A DNA stretch of 64,000 nucleotides. Source: Planctomycetota bacterium (GTDB lineage Bacteria > Planctomycetota > B15-G4). Shown here one piece after another: positions 21,201 through 29,842 of this stretch. Made by a program: the position numbers and the translations under genes. Each line of letters begins with the position of its first letter. Positions within the stretch are counted from its first letter, which is position 1. A model generated the notes under the pieces. The model worked only from the letters and a program-made list of their open reading frames with translations, was not told the DNA's origin and did no database searches. Location of the stretch: contig CBDFJQ010000002.1 of NCBI GenBank assembly GCA_965248575.1, positions 1,367,574 to 1,431,573 on the forward strand, in the 5' to 3' direction.

Positions 21201-24200
21201 TTGGACGGAGAGGAGCCGGGCCAGCAAAGCGATCTGCTGGACGACTCCGCGCAAGCCACCTTGAACGACTCACATCGGGCCTCAGCGAGGCCCTTTTTCC
21301 ATTTCGCCGGCGCAGCGACGCTTCTGACCCTCGTGGCCCTGGCCGCCGTGGTCGTGGAGCCCAGCGAGGCCCCGACGTCCTCGTCCGCAGGCATCAACTC
21401 GAGCGCAGCCTTGGCACTTGGCTCTGCAGGCGCAGCCTCAGAACGACCTGGGCTGGAGTTGCCCTCGGACGGTGACCAGGCTCGCAACACCCGGCTGGAG
21501 TTGTTTGACCGGAAGCCTAGCCAAAGCGTGCCGCTGCTCGTGGACGACCCTCAGCTTGGCGCCGAGCTGACGGGCAAGGAACAGAAGAAGCTGAACAAGC
21601 TGGCCAAGAAGTGGGCCAAGACAGGCGGAAAGATCGCCAAGAAGGAAGCGCTCGTGGTTCAGCGCATTGGCGAACTCGCCGCCGCTCAGGCCGCCCTCGT
21701 CGCAGCCAATGCCCTCCCGGACGGAACGCCTGAAGAGCTGACCCAGAAGGCGAAGGCCATCAAGAAGGCCGAGAAGAAGCTGCTCAAGGCACAAAAGAAG
21801 CTGCTCAAGGCACAGACCAAGTTGGTGGGCCTCAACTCCAAGCTCACGGCCTTTGTCGCGGCCATCGATGAGGTCGACCCTGGCTACTTCGAGAGCCAGA
21901 CGGGCCCCCCACCGGAGCCCGATCCGGACCCGACGGGCGAGCCGGACCCCGACCCCGCCACCAACCCCGGACCCGACTTCCAAGGCGCCGGCGTGCCCAC
22001 CCTGCCCGTCTTCGTGCAGGAAGCCCGGCCGAGCAACGGCACGGGGGTCACCCGCGCTGGAGACATCGCCACCTTCGGCATCCCATTCTCCGAGGGAGAC
22101 GTCGGCATCAAGTCGGGCCGCCCCGCCTTGGCCGTGTCCGGTGCGGACTCGTTTCAGTTCCGCACGCTGAAACTCTGGCCCGACGGCAGCGTCCAGTGGG
22201 CGCTCTGCGACCTGCAGACAGATGTCACCGCCGGCGTCATCAGCCAAGGTCTCGTGGTGCTGGGTGGCGACGGCCAATCGGTCCAAGCCAACCTCGCTGA
22301 CGAGAACGGCAGCTCAATCCAGATCGACACCGGCCCGCTGCAGGCGACAGTCCTCAAGACCACGTTCAACTTCCTCGACAGCGTCACCGTCGACGGGACG
22401 CTGCTGGTCGACGGCCCCAGCGGCCGTGGCCTCACGGGGCGGGCACCCAACGGCGACCTGCTGGTCCCAGCCCTGACGACTGTCACGCTGGAAGAGAATG
22501 GCCCCACCCGCGCCATGATCCGCGTGGACGGCACGATGGTGGACCCCGGCGCCGTGAAGTTTGTCGACTTCACCTTGCGCATCGTGGCACGCCGCGGCTC
22601 GCGCGACCTGGAAACGCAGCTCACGGTTCGCAACGCCAACATCGCTCGCCCCCAACACGCGGTGATCGAGTCCCTGGAGCTCTCCGTCGAGAGTCTGCTC
22701 GGGAGCAGTTCTAGCTCGGTGCGCATGGCCGGGCACGCTGGTGAGCACACCGGCATCCTGCTGTCGTCCCTGGACGCACACCTCTACCTGGCCCACACGG
22801 CCACCAACCAGGCGGGGCTGGGCGGGGCGCAGTATGTCCCCCACCTCCCCAACGTCAGCTCGGGGAGCAAGACGTTCACGCAGGAAGGCTACGAGGCCGC
22901 CATCGCCGGCTCCACGCTGCAGTCCCTGGGTAACGAGAACCTCTACCCCGAGCACGGATGGATCGACCTCACTGGCCCGAACGGCGGCGTGACGGTCGGC
23001 ATCCGACAGGCCCCGTACATGTACCCGGTCTCGCTCGAGGCGTACGGTTCGGGCAAGGTCACGGCGGGCATGTTCAGCTCACACAACCCGGCCGACTTCA
23101 CCTTCAGCTGGCAGCAGCACGAAAGCCGTTCGGCGGTGTTCTCGTTCCACACCGGAGTCGCAGCTGACCCCGAGGCTGTCGTGCGCCGGCTGGACTACCC
23201 CGTCGTAGGCCGCTTCGCGGACTACAAGGACTACGACCGCGCGGGCGTCTTTCCGTACCGCCTGCTCACCAAGCAAGAGCAGGAGGAAGCCCTCTCGCTG
23301 ATGGGCATCAACCACAACATCAGCGTGGGCAACAACACCTTCCTCGTCACCAAGTACCTCTACAAGGGGACGACCGGCGGCACGAACAACCACGCGGGCA
23401 TCGAGCTGCACCTCGGCGGCGATTGGTTGCGGCATGGCACAGGCGGCCAATACCTCTCCGCAATGAATCTGGCCCTCTACAAGTCGGAGTGGCAAGTCGC
23501 TCGTTCGGACAACTTCGAGGACGAAGATGATCCGGGCGCCAGCAACGACCAGGTCCCCCACAGCGTGGGCTTCCAGAGTGACGACGAACATCGCTACCGC
23601 GATGGCATGATCCTGGCGTACCACCTCACGGGTGACCGACGCCTGCGCGAAGCCCTCTACGACGAGGCCGAGGTCCTGCAGAGCGTGTCACTCTGGCCCC
23701 ATGAGCGCTCGATGTACCAGACGCTGCGTGCCATGGGCCTGGTGGCGGAGTTCACGGGCGACCCAGCCCTGATCCCCACGCTGCGCGCACGCCTTCAGTA
23801 CATCACGCAACCCACGGTCAACGTCAACACGGCGAGCAGCGGTTGGGGTTGGGAAACCAGTCAGGACGTGGGCCAACGCCGCTACTTCGTCAACAGCTCG
23901 GACAACAAGAACGAGAAGCCGCCGGGGGAGAACTTCCAGTGCCGGGGCTTCATCTCCGCCAGCCTCGGGCCGCTCGGCTACTTCCACGCCGCACGCTTCT
24001 TCGCCTCCAATGACCCTGACGGCATGGCAGCCAGGGGCCGCATGCGCGACCTCTCCTACTGGGCGCGGGAAGAAATCTTCAGCAACGACCCCAACCCGGT
24101 GAATCGCCGCCTCATGTACTCGTACGCCGTGACGCAGCAACAGGTGACGAACTGGGAGAACGTCGACTTCCATCCGATCTTGTTGGGCATGGCGGAGAGC

Positions 24201-24350
24201 TACCTGGACACCACCGACATCGTCTATCTGCTGCGCGGCGCCGACCAGCTCGAATCCGCGCAGGCGCACGGCGATCTCTACCGCTGGAACACGCGCATGG
24301 ACTGCCAGCACTTCCTCGCCATCTACCGCGACTGGGCCCTCTCCCTCTAG
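21201..24350 (+). CDS. Large (1049 aa) membrane-anchored or secreted protein of unknown function (possible polysaccharide-modifying enzyme)
   Basis: N-terminal hydrophobic anchor (FFHFAGAATLLTLVALAAVVV), a Lys-rich coiled-coil (KKLNKLAKKWAKTGGKIAKKEA...KKAEKKLLKAQKKLLKAQTKLVGL), an acidic Pro-rich linker (PPPEPDPDPTGEPDPDPATNPGPD), then an ~800-aa globular region. GC3 bias is consistent with coding. The exact start is uncertain. Confidence 0.55.
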   Translation: MDGEEPGQQSDLLDDSAQATLNDSHRASARPFFHFAGAATLLTLVALAAVVVEPSEAPTSSSAGINSSAALALGSAGAASERPGLELPSDGDQARNTRLELFDRKPSQSVPLLVDDPQLGAELTGKEQKKLNKLAKKWAKTGGKIAKKEALVVQRIGELAAAQAALVAANALPDGTPEELTQKAKAIKKAEKKLLKAQKKLLKAQTKLVGLNSKLTAFVAAIDEVDPGYFESQTGPPPEPDPDPTGEPDPDPATNPGPDFQGAGVPTLPVFVQEARPSNGTGVTRAGDIATFGIPFSEGDVGIKSGRPALAVSGADSFQFRTLKLWPDGSVQWALCDLQTDVTAGVISQGLVVLGGDGQSVQANLADENGSSIQIDTGPLQATVLKTTFNFLDSVTVDGTLLVDGPSGRGLTGRAPNGDLLVPALTTVTLEENGPTRAMIRVDGTMVDPGAVKFVDFTLRIVARRGSRDLETQLTVRNANIARPQHAVIESLELSVESLLGSSSSSVRMAGHAGEHTGILLSSLDAHLYLAHTATNQAGLGGAQYVPHLPNVSSGSKTFTQEGYEAAIAGSTLQSLGNENLYPEHGWIDLTGPNGGVTVGIRQAPYMYPVSLEAYGSGKVTAGMFSSHNPADFTFSWQQHESRSAVFSFHTGVAADPEAVVRRLDYPVVGRFADYKDYDRAGVFPYRLLTKQEQEEALSLMGINHNISVGNNTFLVTKYLYKGTTGGTNNHAGIELHLGGDWLRHGTGGQYLSAMNLALYKSEWQVARSDNFEDEDDPGASNDQVPHSVGFQSDDEHRYRDGMILAYHLTGDRRLREALYDEAEVLQSVSLWPHERSMYQTLRAMGLVAEFTGDPALIPTLRARLQYITQPTVNVNTASSGWGWETSQDVGQRRYFVNSSDNKNEKPPGENFQCRGFISASLGPLGYFHAARFFASNDPDGMAARGRMRDLSYWAREEIFSNDPNPVNRRLMYSYAVTQQQVTNWENVDFHPILLGMAESYLDTTDIVYLLRGADQLESAQAHGDLYRWNTRMDCQHFLAIYRDWALSL

Positions 24351-25084
24351 GCGCCGCCATCGGCCTCGAGGGGCTTGCGCAACACGCCGTAGAGCGAGAC
24401 ACCAAAGGGCAGGTCCAGCCGCTTCTCGATGGCGATCTCTGTGCGAGTGATGAGCCCTGCCAGCCACTCGGCAGGCGCAGGCATGGGCACCGCGAAGTCC
24501 GACGTGGCTTCCTCAGGCGGTGTGGGCGAGAGCCCGCGCAATTTGCGCAGCGCCCAGACCGGAGGGAAGAGCGCCATCGAGCTGTAGCTCATGCGCTCCG
24601 TGACGAAGCCCGCTTGCTCGAGCCGCCCCCGCAGTTGCGGGCGGCGGTAGCGTCGATGGTGGTGATAGGCCTCATCGTGAGGGCTCCACAAGGCCATGAA
24701 GGCGGGGACCGTGGCGACCAGGACGCCACCGGGGCGCAGCACCCGGTAAACCTCGCGCATGGCCGCCACGTCGTCCTCGAAGTGCTCGAAGGCATCCAGC
24801 GCCAACACCACATCGAAGCCGGCTTTGCGGAAGGGAAGCTCGAGCGCATCCCCTCGGACGATGCGATCGATCCCTCGCTCCCCGCACAGTCGGATCGTCT
24901 CCTCGGAGATGTCGATCCCCCTGATCTCTCCGTAGTCGGCGAGAAAACGGAAGCTCATGCCCGTGGCGCAGGCGAGGTCCAGGATCTGTAGCGGCCCCTG
25001 ACGGGTCACGTAACGGTCCAAGGCCGCGCGCACGAGGGCCCGCCGTCCTTGGTACCACCAATGAGTTTCCTCAATGGCGAACAT
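24347..25084 (-). CDS. Class I SAM-dependent methyltransferase
   Basis: ORF 24347..25345; likely start MFAIEETHWWYQGRR (ATG complement 25082-25084). Motif I ILDLACATGM and a post-I acidic residue GIDISEE. 245 aa. Its stop overlaps the stop of the convergent 21201..24350 gene (CTAG). Confidence 0.8.
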   Translation of the reverse strand: MFAIEETHWWYQGRRALVRAALDRYVTRQGPLQILDLACATGMSFRFLADYGEIRGIDISEETIRLCGERGIDRIVRGDALELPFRKAGFDVVLALDAFEHFEDDVAAMREVYRVLRPGGVLVATVPAFMALWSPHDEAYHHHRRYRRPQLRGRLEQAGFVTERMSYSSMALFPPVWALRKLRGLSPTPPEEATSDFAVPMPAPAEWLAGLITRTEIAIEKRLDLPFGVSLYGVLRKPLEADGGA

Positions 25085-25104
25085 GCGATCGAACTCGGCA
25101 GTGT

Positions 25105-26304
25105 TCACGGGGTGCCGTGTGCTCCACCGGGGCCAGCTACTCTGCCGTCCGACGCCGGTGCTTCCCCATCGGTGGTGCTCTTGTTGCGGGGGTCCACGGG
25201 GCCTCCATGCTTCTCCATGGCGATGATCTTGCGGGTGACCGCGATCATGAACAGGAAGCCACCAGCGAAGATCAGGTAACGGTAGGGGGCGCTGGTCTGG
25301 CGCGCCAGGATCCCGAGGTACGCGATGATCAACGCCAGGCCCCACAGGATCACGACGGCCTCTGCGCTGCTGAACCCACCTCGCACCAAGCGATGGCTCA
25401 GGTGGTGGCAGTCACCCAGGTACACCGGCCGCTTCTCCTTGATCCGCATGAAGACCACGAAGGCCGCATCGAAGAGCGGAATGCCCATGAACAAGACGGC
25501 GGGGATCAGGTGGCTGGCGCCGAAGTCGTGACTGCCAACGCCCATGAAGCCCTTGACCAGGTCGAACTGCACCCACGCCATCCAGAACCCGATGAACATG
25601 CTGCCCGTGTCGCCCAGGAAGACCCGGCTGCGCGGAAAGTTGTAGGGCATGAAGCCCAGGACGGCGGCGAGCAGCACGACGGCCACGGTCATGGACCTGT
25701 AGCTGTCCGTGTTGGACATGTAGAGGATGGCCGCCGCGAAGGAGATGACCGACAGACCGGACATCAGACCGTTCATGTTGTCCGAGAAGTTGAAGCTGTT
25801 GACGATGGTCAGATACCAACCCAGGAAGAAGAGCTGGTAGAGCCATTGCTCTGGACTCCCGCCGCCTGAGATCAGGTCTCTCAAAGTCGGCAGCATGAGC
25901 ACGAGCACGCCCACGATCTGCCCCAACAGCTTGGGCTCGAAGCCCATGGAGTCCTTGAAGATGTCGTCAACCAGCCCGATCAGGAAGATGACGATGCTGC
26001 CCGCTATCACGAAGCTGATGACGGAGAAGCGTAGTCCTTCATCACCCAGCTGGGACTCGGATTGGGTCCAGACCACGGCCAGGCCCGCCATGACGCCGCA
26101 GACGACACCCAGCCCGCCCAGCAAGGGGGTCACCTTCTCGTGGGTCTTGCGGCCCCCAGGCTTGTCCACGATCCCAAAGCGCCGTGCCAGGACGAGGAAG
26201 AGCGGAACGGTGACAAGAGCCACCGCAAGAGCCGCGCCAAAGCCCAAGGCAGCAATCCGAAGAACGGGTTCGTCGAACAAGGAGGAGGTGTCCCGGAAGT
26301 CCAA
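25105..26304 (-). CDS. Polyprenyl-phosphate N-acetylhexosamine-1-phosphate transferase (GT4/MraY-WecA family; initiating transferase)
   Basis: 11-TM protein with WecA/MraY signatures: GIVDKPGGRKTHEKVTPLLGGLG, LIGLVDD, NSFNFSDNMNGL, VFLGDTGSMFIGF. 399 aa. Confidence 0.85.
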   Translation of the reverse strand: MDFRDTSSLFDEPVLRIAALGFGAALAVALVTVPLFLVLARRFGIVDKPGGRKTHEKVTPLLGGLGVVCGVMAGLAVVWTQSESQLGDEGLRFSVISFVIAGSIVIFLIGLVDDIFKDSMGFEPKLLGQIVGVLVLMLPTLRDLISGGGSPEQWLYQLFFLGWYLTIVNSFNFSDNMNGLMSGLSVISFAAAILYMSNTDSYRSMTVAVVLLAAVLGFMPYNFPRSRVFLGDTGSMFIGFWMAWVQFDLVKGFMGVGSHDFGASHLIPAVLFMGIPLFDAAFVVFMRIKEKRPVYLGDCHHLSHRLVRGGFSSAEAVVILWGLALIIAYLGILARQTSAPYRYLIFAGGFLFMIAVTRKIIAMEKHGGPVDPRNKSTTDGEAPASDGRVAGPGGAHGTP

Positions 26305-26373
26305 GGTGACTCTATCCCGATCGGAGAACCGCGGCCAGCTCTAGAGCCTGTCCGCTCCCAAATCCCGGCGCGC

Positions 26374-27444
26374 CTACGTTCTCAAATTCAGACCGCGGCG
26401 GCCAAACCAACGAAAGACGCCATCCACCTCGCACATCACCTCGGACAGATCGCTGTCTTCATTCACCGCGATGCGCTTGAGGTCCAGCAGGGGCGTGGCG
26501 GCGTCATTCAGTCCAGGCATGGCAGTCGTCGAGCTGCGAAAGCCCAGCTCTTCGAGGATCGAGCGCGTCTCCTCGTTGTAGTCCCATGTCCTGCCGTAGG
26601 GATAGGCGAAGGACGCGATGCTGTGGCCCAACCAGGATTCCAGGTCGCGCAGTGAGCCCTCGATCTCCAGGCGCTGCTGCGTGGCATCCAGCGACGAAAG
26701 AATCAGGTGGTTCACGGTGTGGGCTCCGATCTCCACCCCTGCCTTGTCCAGAGCCCGACACTCATCCGGGCCGAGATAGACATGGCTCGCCAGCTCGGCA
26801 TCCACCCCCCCCAGGTCCGAGAAGATACGCGCCAGGATGGTGTCCCGCTCCTTGGGCGTGACCTCGTACTTCAGCAGGCGTTTCATCTCGTACTCGGCGG
26901 CAACGTCATCCTTGGGCAGGCTTCGCAGGTCCTCTCGCAGATGTTGCTTGTCCACCTGCTGGGCGAGACGCTCGGCGAGGTCGTGTGCCCCTCCCAAGTG
27001 CAGTGCCCAGAAGTAATGATGGAGCCAGTTGAGACGCCCCTTCATGGGACCGGTCTGAACGTAGATCGTCGCCGTAGCCCCCATGGACTGGAGCAGGGGC
27101 AGCAAGACGTCGTGGTTGTCGAGGTAGCCGTCATCGAAGGTCAGCACCACCGCATCGGAAGGCACGGCCCCCGATTGCAACTCGTCCACCATCTGGTCCA
27201 CGGTGCACGTTCGATAACCAGCCGCCTGAAGCATGCGTAGCAGGCGCCGCAACTTGGCCTCACTGATCTTCATGTGCCCTGGCAGATAATCCGTCTCCGC
27301 GGGGCTGCCCACGTTGTGGAACATGAGGATGGGCACTCCCTCCCGCGACGCCCGGAACAGCGACCTCAAGCCCGTCAGGTGGAAGGCCTTGGCCACGAAG
27401 GTGGAGAGCCAACGCTTGAGTGTGTGTTTCATCGAGTTCTGCAT
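26374..27444 (-). CDS. Polysaccharide deacetylase family protein (carbohydrate esterase 4)
   Basis: ORF 26374..27987; likely start MQNSMKHTLKRW (ATG complement 27442-27444; the upstream 180 codons overlap the next gene and look non-coding). Motifs ILMFHNVG, LTFDDGYLDNHDVLLPLL, GAHTVNHLIL. Confidence 0.8.
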   Translation of the reverse strand: MQNSMKHTLKRWLSTFVAKAFHLTGLRSLFRASREGVPILMFHNVGSPAETDYLPGHMKISEAKLRRLLRMLQAAGYRTCTVDQMVDELQSGAVPSDAVVLTFDDGYLDNHDVLLPLLQSMGATATIYVQTGPMKGRLNWLHHYFWALHLGGAHDLAERLAQQVDKQHLREDLRSLPKDDVAAEYEMKRLLKYEVTPKERDTILARIFSDLGGVDAELASHVYLGPDECRALDKAGVEIGAHTVNHLILSSLDATQQRLEIEGSLRDLESWLGHSIASFAYPYGRTWDYNEETRSILEELGFRSSTTAMPGLNDAATPLLDLKRIAVNEDSDLSEVMCEVDGVFRWFGRRGLNLRT

Positions 27445-27475
27445 GACGAAAGCTTCGAGAGGTGGTTCGGCGGCA

Positions 27476-28603
27476 TCAGGCGGACAGATGTTCGGCGTCC
27501 CGGTCACCATCGGCCAGATGCCAGCGGGAGATGTCGCCATCCTCCGGACGAGCATCCTTGCGACAAGCACGCACGATGAATGGGAAACGATCCCTGAACA
27601 GTTTACTGCCCGAGGGCTCAGGCCAGCCGAGCTCTCGCAAGGTGGCGGCTGCTGGGTGGTGTAGAAAACAGAGGGCCGTGGCCTCCAGCATCCCGCGTGC
27701 ATGGCCCATGGCGGTGAAGGCCAGCAGCAGCTCCCGTCGAGCCGCCTCGTCCCGGGCGACGTGATCCACAAGGAAGGCATTGCCACCGTGGAACTCCACG
27801 ACGAGCAGGCCGTCGAGCCGCGCAGCCCGCGCCCCGCCCGCTGCTGCCGACACAGCCTCGCCAGGGGCGGGCAACACGTAGCACTCCTGGCGGCCGCTTG
27901 GGGTGTCCACGTAGCGCCAGTTGAGCCAAGCCGCGTCGCGCTCCCCCACCAGCCCCTGGCAGGGCATGGCCGCTTCGCAGAGCTCATCGACGGATTCGGT
28001 CAATCCAACGACCCCATCGAAGCGAGCGACCCGGGTCAGGGGAGAGTGCCAAGCCTCGAATCTCTTGCGATCCCGCCGAAAGCGCCAGCCATCCAGGAGC
28101 GGCGCCAACTGCGCAGCCAGTGGCGCCACGCGCCCCAGTCGACGCAACCCCCGCTCGCTGCGATACCCGTAGCGGAACACGGAGGCTTGTCCGATGTCTT
28201 CCCAGCCGTTGCCCAGGAAGCCCGTGTAGGAGAGACGCCCTGAATAAGCGAACACCCACGGGATGCCCATCTCCCCGGCGGCCTCACACACGATGTCATC
28301 CAGCCCCGTGAAGATGCCCTGCCGTCGGGCCTCCGGAGCGACCATGGCATCGGAAGCCTGCATCAGGAGCAGGGGCTGGCCGTCCCGCCGGAATCTCCGC
28401 GGCACATAGCTGTAGGCACCCACCACCTTTCCCCGCCCGTCCACGGCCACACGCGAGATGGCCGGACCATGGGGGTTCTTTGCATACTTCCAGTCGAAGG
28501 TGTCGACCTGCTTGTCCTTCCGGAAGCAAGCGTTGAACAGCCGACACTGGTCCTCGCGGTCAGCCGCACCGGCCTCGCGCCAGGTCCAGGGGCGTTCGCT
28601 CAT
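27476..28603 (-). CDS. GNAT/FemAB-like acyltransferase (Acetyltransf_6-type, common in EPS loci)
   Basis: ORF 27476..28693; likely start MSERPWTWREAGAADREDQCRLFNACF... (ATG complement 28601-28603, overlapping the upstream gene stop as ATGA). Pattern FDWKYAKNP...VAVDGRGKVVGAYSYVPRRF resembles the BioF2/FemAB-like GNAT fold. Tentative. Confidence 0.5.
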   Translation of the reverse strand: MSERPWTWREAGAADREDQCRLFNACFRKDKQVDTFDWKYAKNPHGPAISRVAVDGRGKVVGAYSYVPRRFRRDGQPLLLMQASDAMVAPEARRQGIFTGLDDIVCEAAGEMGIPWVFAYSGRLSYTGFLGNGWEDIGQASVFRYGYRSERGLRRLGRVAPLAAQLAPLLDGWRFRRDRKRFEAWHSPLTRVARFDGVVGLTESVDELCEAAMPCQGLVGERDAAWLNWRYVDTPSGRQECYVLPAPGEAVSAAAGGARAARLDGLLVVEFHGGNAFLVDHVARDEAARRELLLAFTAMGHARGMLEATALCFLHHPAAATLRELGWPEPSGSKLFRDRFPFIVRACRKDARPEDGDISRWHLADGDRDAEHLSA

Positions 28604-29829
28604 CGGATGCCCGCCGGAGCGTCCACCCGCCCCCCGCCCAGCATCTTCACGGCCCGTTCTACGTCCGAGACCGACAGCTCGTTGTTCCAACACCCGGCAC
28701 CGGCCCGCGCCTCGTCCAGGCCCGGCTTGCCCTCACCTTGGGCACCCGCGTGCTGCACCAGCACCTGGGGTCGGACGGCGATGCGCCGGTCTGCAAACCA
28801 GCGTTGCCAGGCAGAGAGCATGGGGCGCGTCTGTCCGCTACGACCGAGGACGTGCAGCACCACGGCAGACATGCCCGTCACCCGCACGGCCTCGACGGCA
28901 CCTTCCAGACGCGGACGGACCGGGTCGTCCATGGGCGTCCGAGCCTCGGCCTCGATGTCCTCAGGCGAGACGACGAGCACTTCCTTGCAACCTCCTTGGG
29001 CCAAGGTCAGCACGAACGACGGCGAGACGTGATCGGCACGCACACGACAGCTCCAGGGCACACCCGGCGCCGCACCAAACATGCCCCGTGCCACCTCGTC
29101 AGTGAACTCCTGGTCCCGGCCGAGATCGCGATCGTCGAACACCAGCGCGCGGCAGCCGGAGCGCGTCACGGCATGCCGAACCTCTCGGAAGGTGTGGTCG
29201 GGGTCATCCCGCAGGGGACCGACGGTCGTCGTGCGCTGGCCATTGGTCATGCGCGCCGCATAGGCATCCAACGCGAACAACTGCCAGGCCGGCAAAATGT
29301 CGTTCTCGCGATCCGACTCCGCAAGATCGGTGACGTCCACGTCGCACTGCAGCCGCCCTCCATCGAGGCGGGCGAGACCGGGCGTGGACGGTGAGAATTC
29401 CCGCGCGAGGCTCTCGCCGACCGGCCCCAGCATGACCCCTTCCAAATTGGGCAGCAGGGCCATGAGCTCTGCGCCGTAGCGATGGGCCAGGGGGCCACAG
29501 GCCAAGACCGGCGCGGGCCAATCCCAGCCGCTCAGGAGGCTGATGAGCGGACGGGCATCGGGTACGGGGTTCTGGGCCACCGTACTGCCCCCCGCATGCA
29601 ACAACACGAGGTCGGGGCGCCACATCTTGAGTTCACGGCGCACAAGCCGGTGCCCCAGCTGCTCGGAGTCCTGGTCGAGAACGCGCACTTCCGCGCCGTG
29701 GCGCAGAAGCCGGGCGCTCATCATGGCCACATCCCACGAGGGTGGGCCCACGGTCTCGGCCGTTGCGAGGCGAAGGCCACGCTGAGGGCCCTTGGTCACG
29801 ACGATCATGACGCGCCAGCGTCTCTTCAC
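28600..29829 (-). CDS. Degenerate paralogue of class B radical SAM enzymes (B12-like N-domain retained, CxxxCxxC cluster motif absent); predicted pseudoenzyme
   Basis: Collinear with the 19609..21033 protein: MIVVTKGP...WDVAMMSARLLRHGAEVRVLD vs LLYVAAIVERAGHQASVVD; VTRSGCRALVFDDRDLGRD vs GVTNIVFRDPLFAYDRD; LAQGGCKEVLVVSPE vs MARGGCVSVSFGIE. Where the paralogue has SSRGCPINCTYCG this protein has TTTVGPLRDDPDHTF, with no cysteines. Confidence 0.6.
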   Translation of the reverse strand: MKRRWRVMIVVTKGPQRGLRLATAETVGPPSWDVAMMSARLLRHGAEVRVLDQDSEQLGHRLVRRELKMWRPDLVLLHAGGSTVAQNPVPDARPLISLLSGWDWPAPVLACGPLAHRYGAELMALLPNLEGVMLGPVGESLAREFSPSTPGLARLDGGRLQCDVDVTDLAESDRENDILPAWQLFALDAYAARMTNGQRTTTVGPLRDDPDHTFREVRHAVTRSGCRALVFDDRDLGRDQEFTDEVARGMFGAAPGVPWSCRVRADHVSPSFVLTLAQGGCKEVLVVSPEDIEAEARTPMDDPVRPRLEGAVEAVRVTGMSAVVLHVLGRSGQTRPMLSAWQRWFADRRIAVRPQVLVQHAGAQGEGKPGLDEARAGAGCWNNELSVSDVERAVKMLGGGRVDAPAGIR

Positions 29830-29842
29830 GGCAATCCGCCCT

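Noticed and set aside
26374-28693. N-terminal extensions of ORFs 26374..27987 and 27476..28693 (extra 180 and 30 codons)
   Set aside because: The extensions overlap the upstream genes and lack coding-like composition. Internal Met starts (27444, 28603) give proteins of normal family length and restore ATGA/short-gap coupling.
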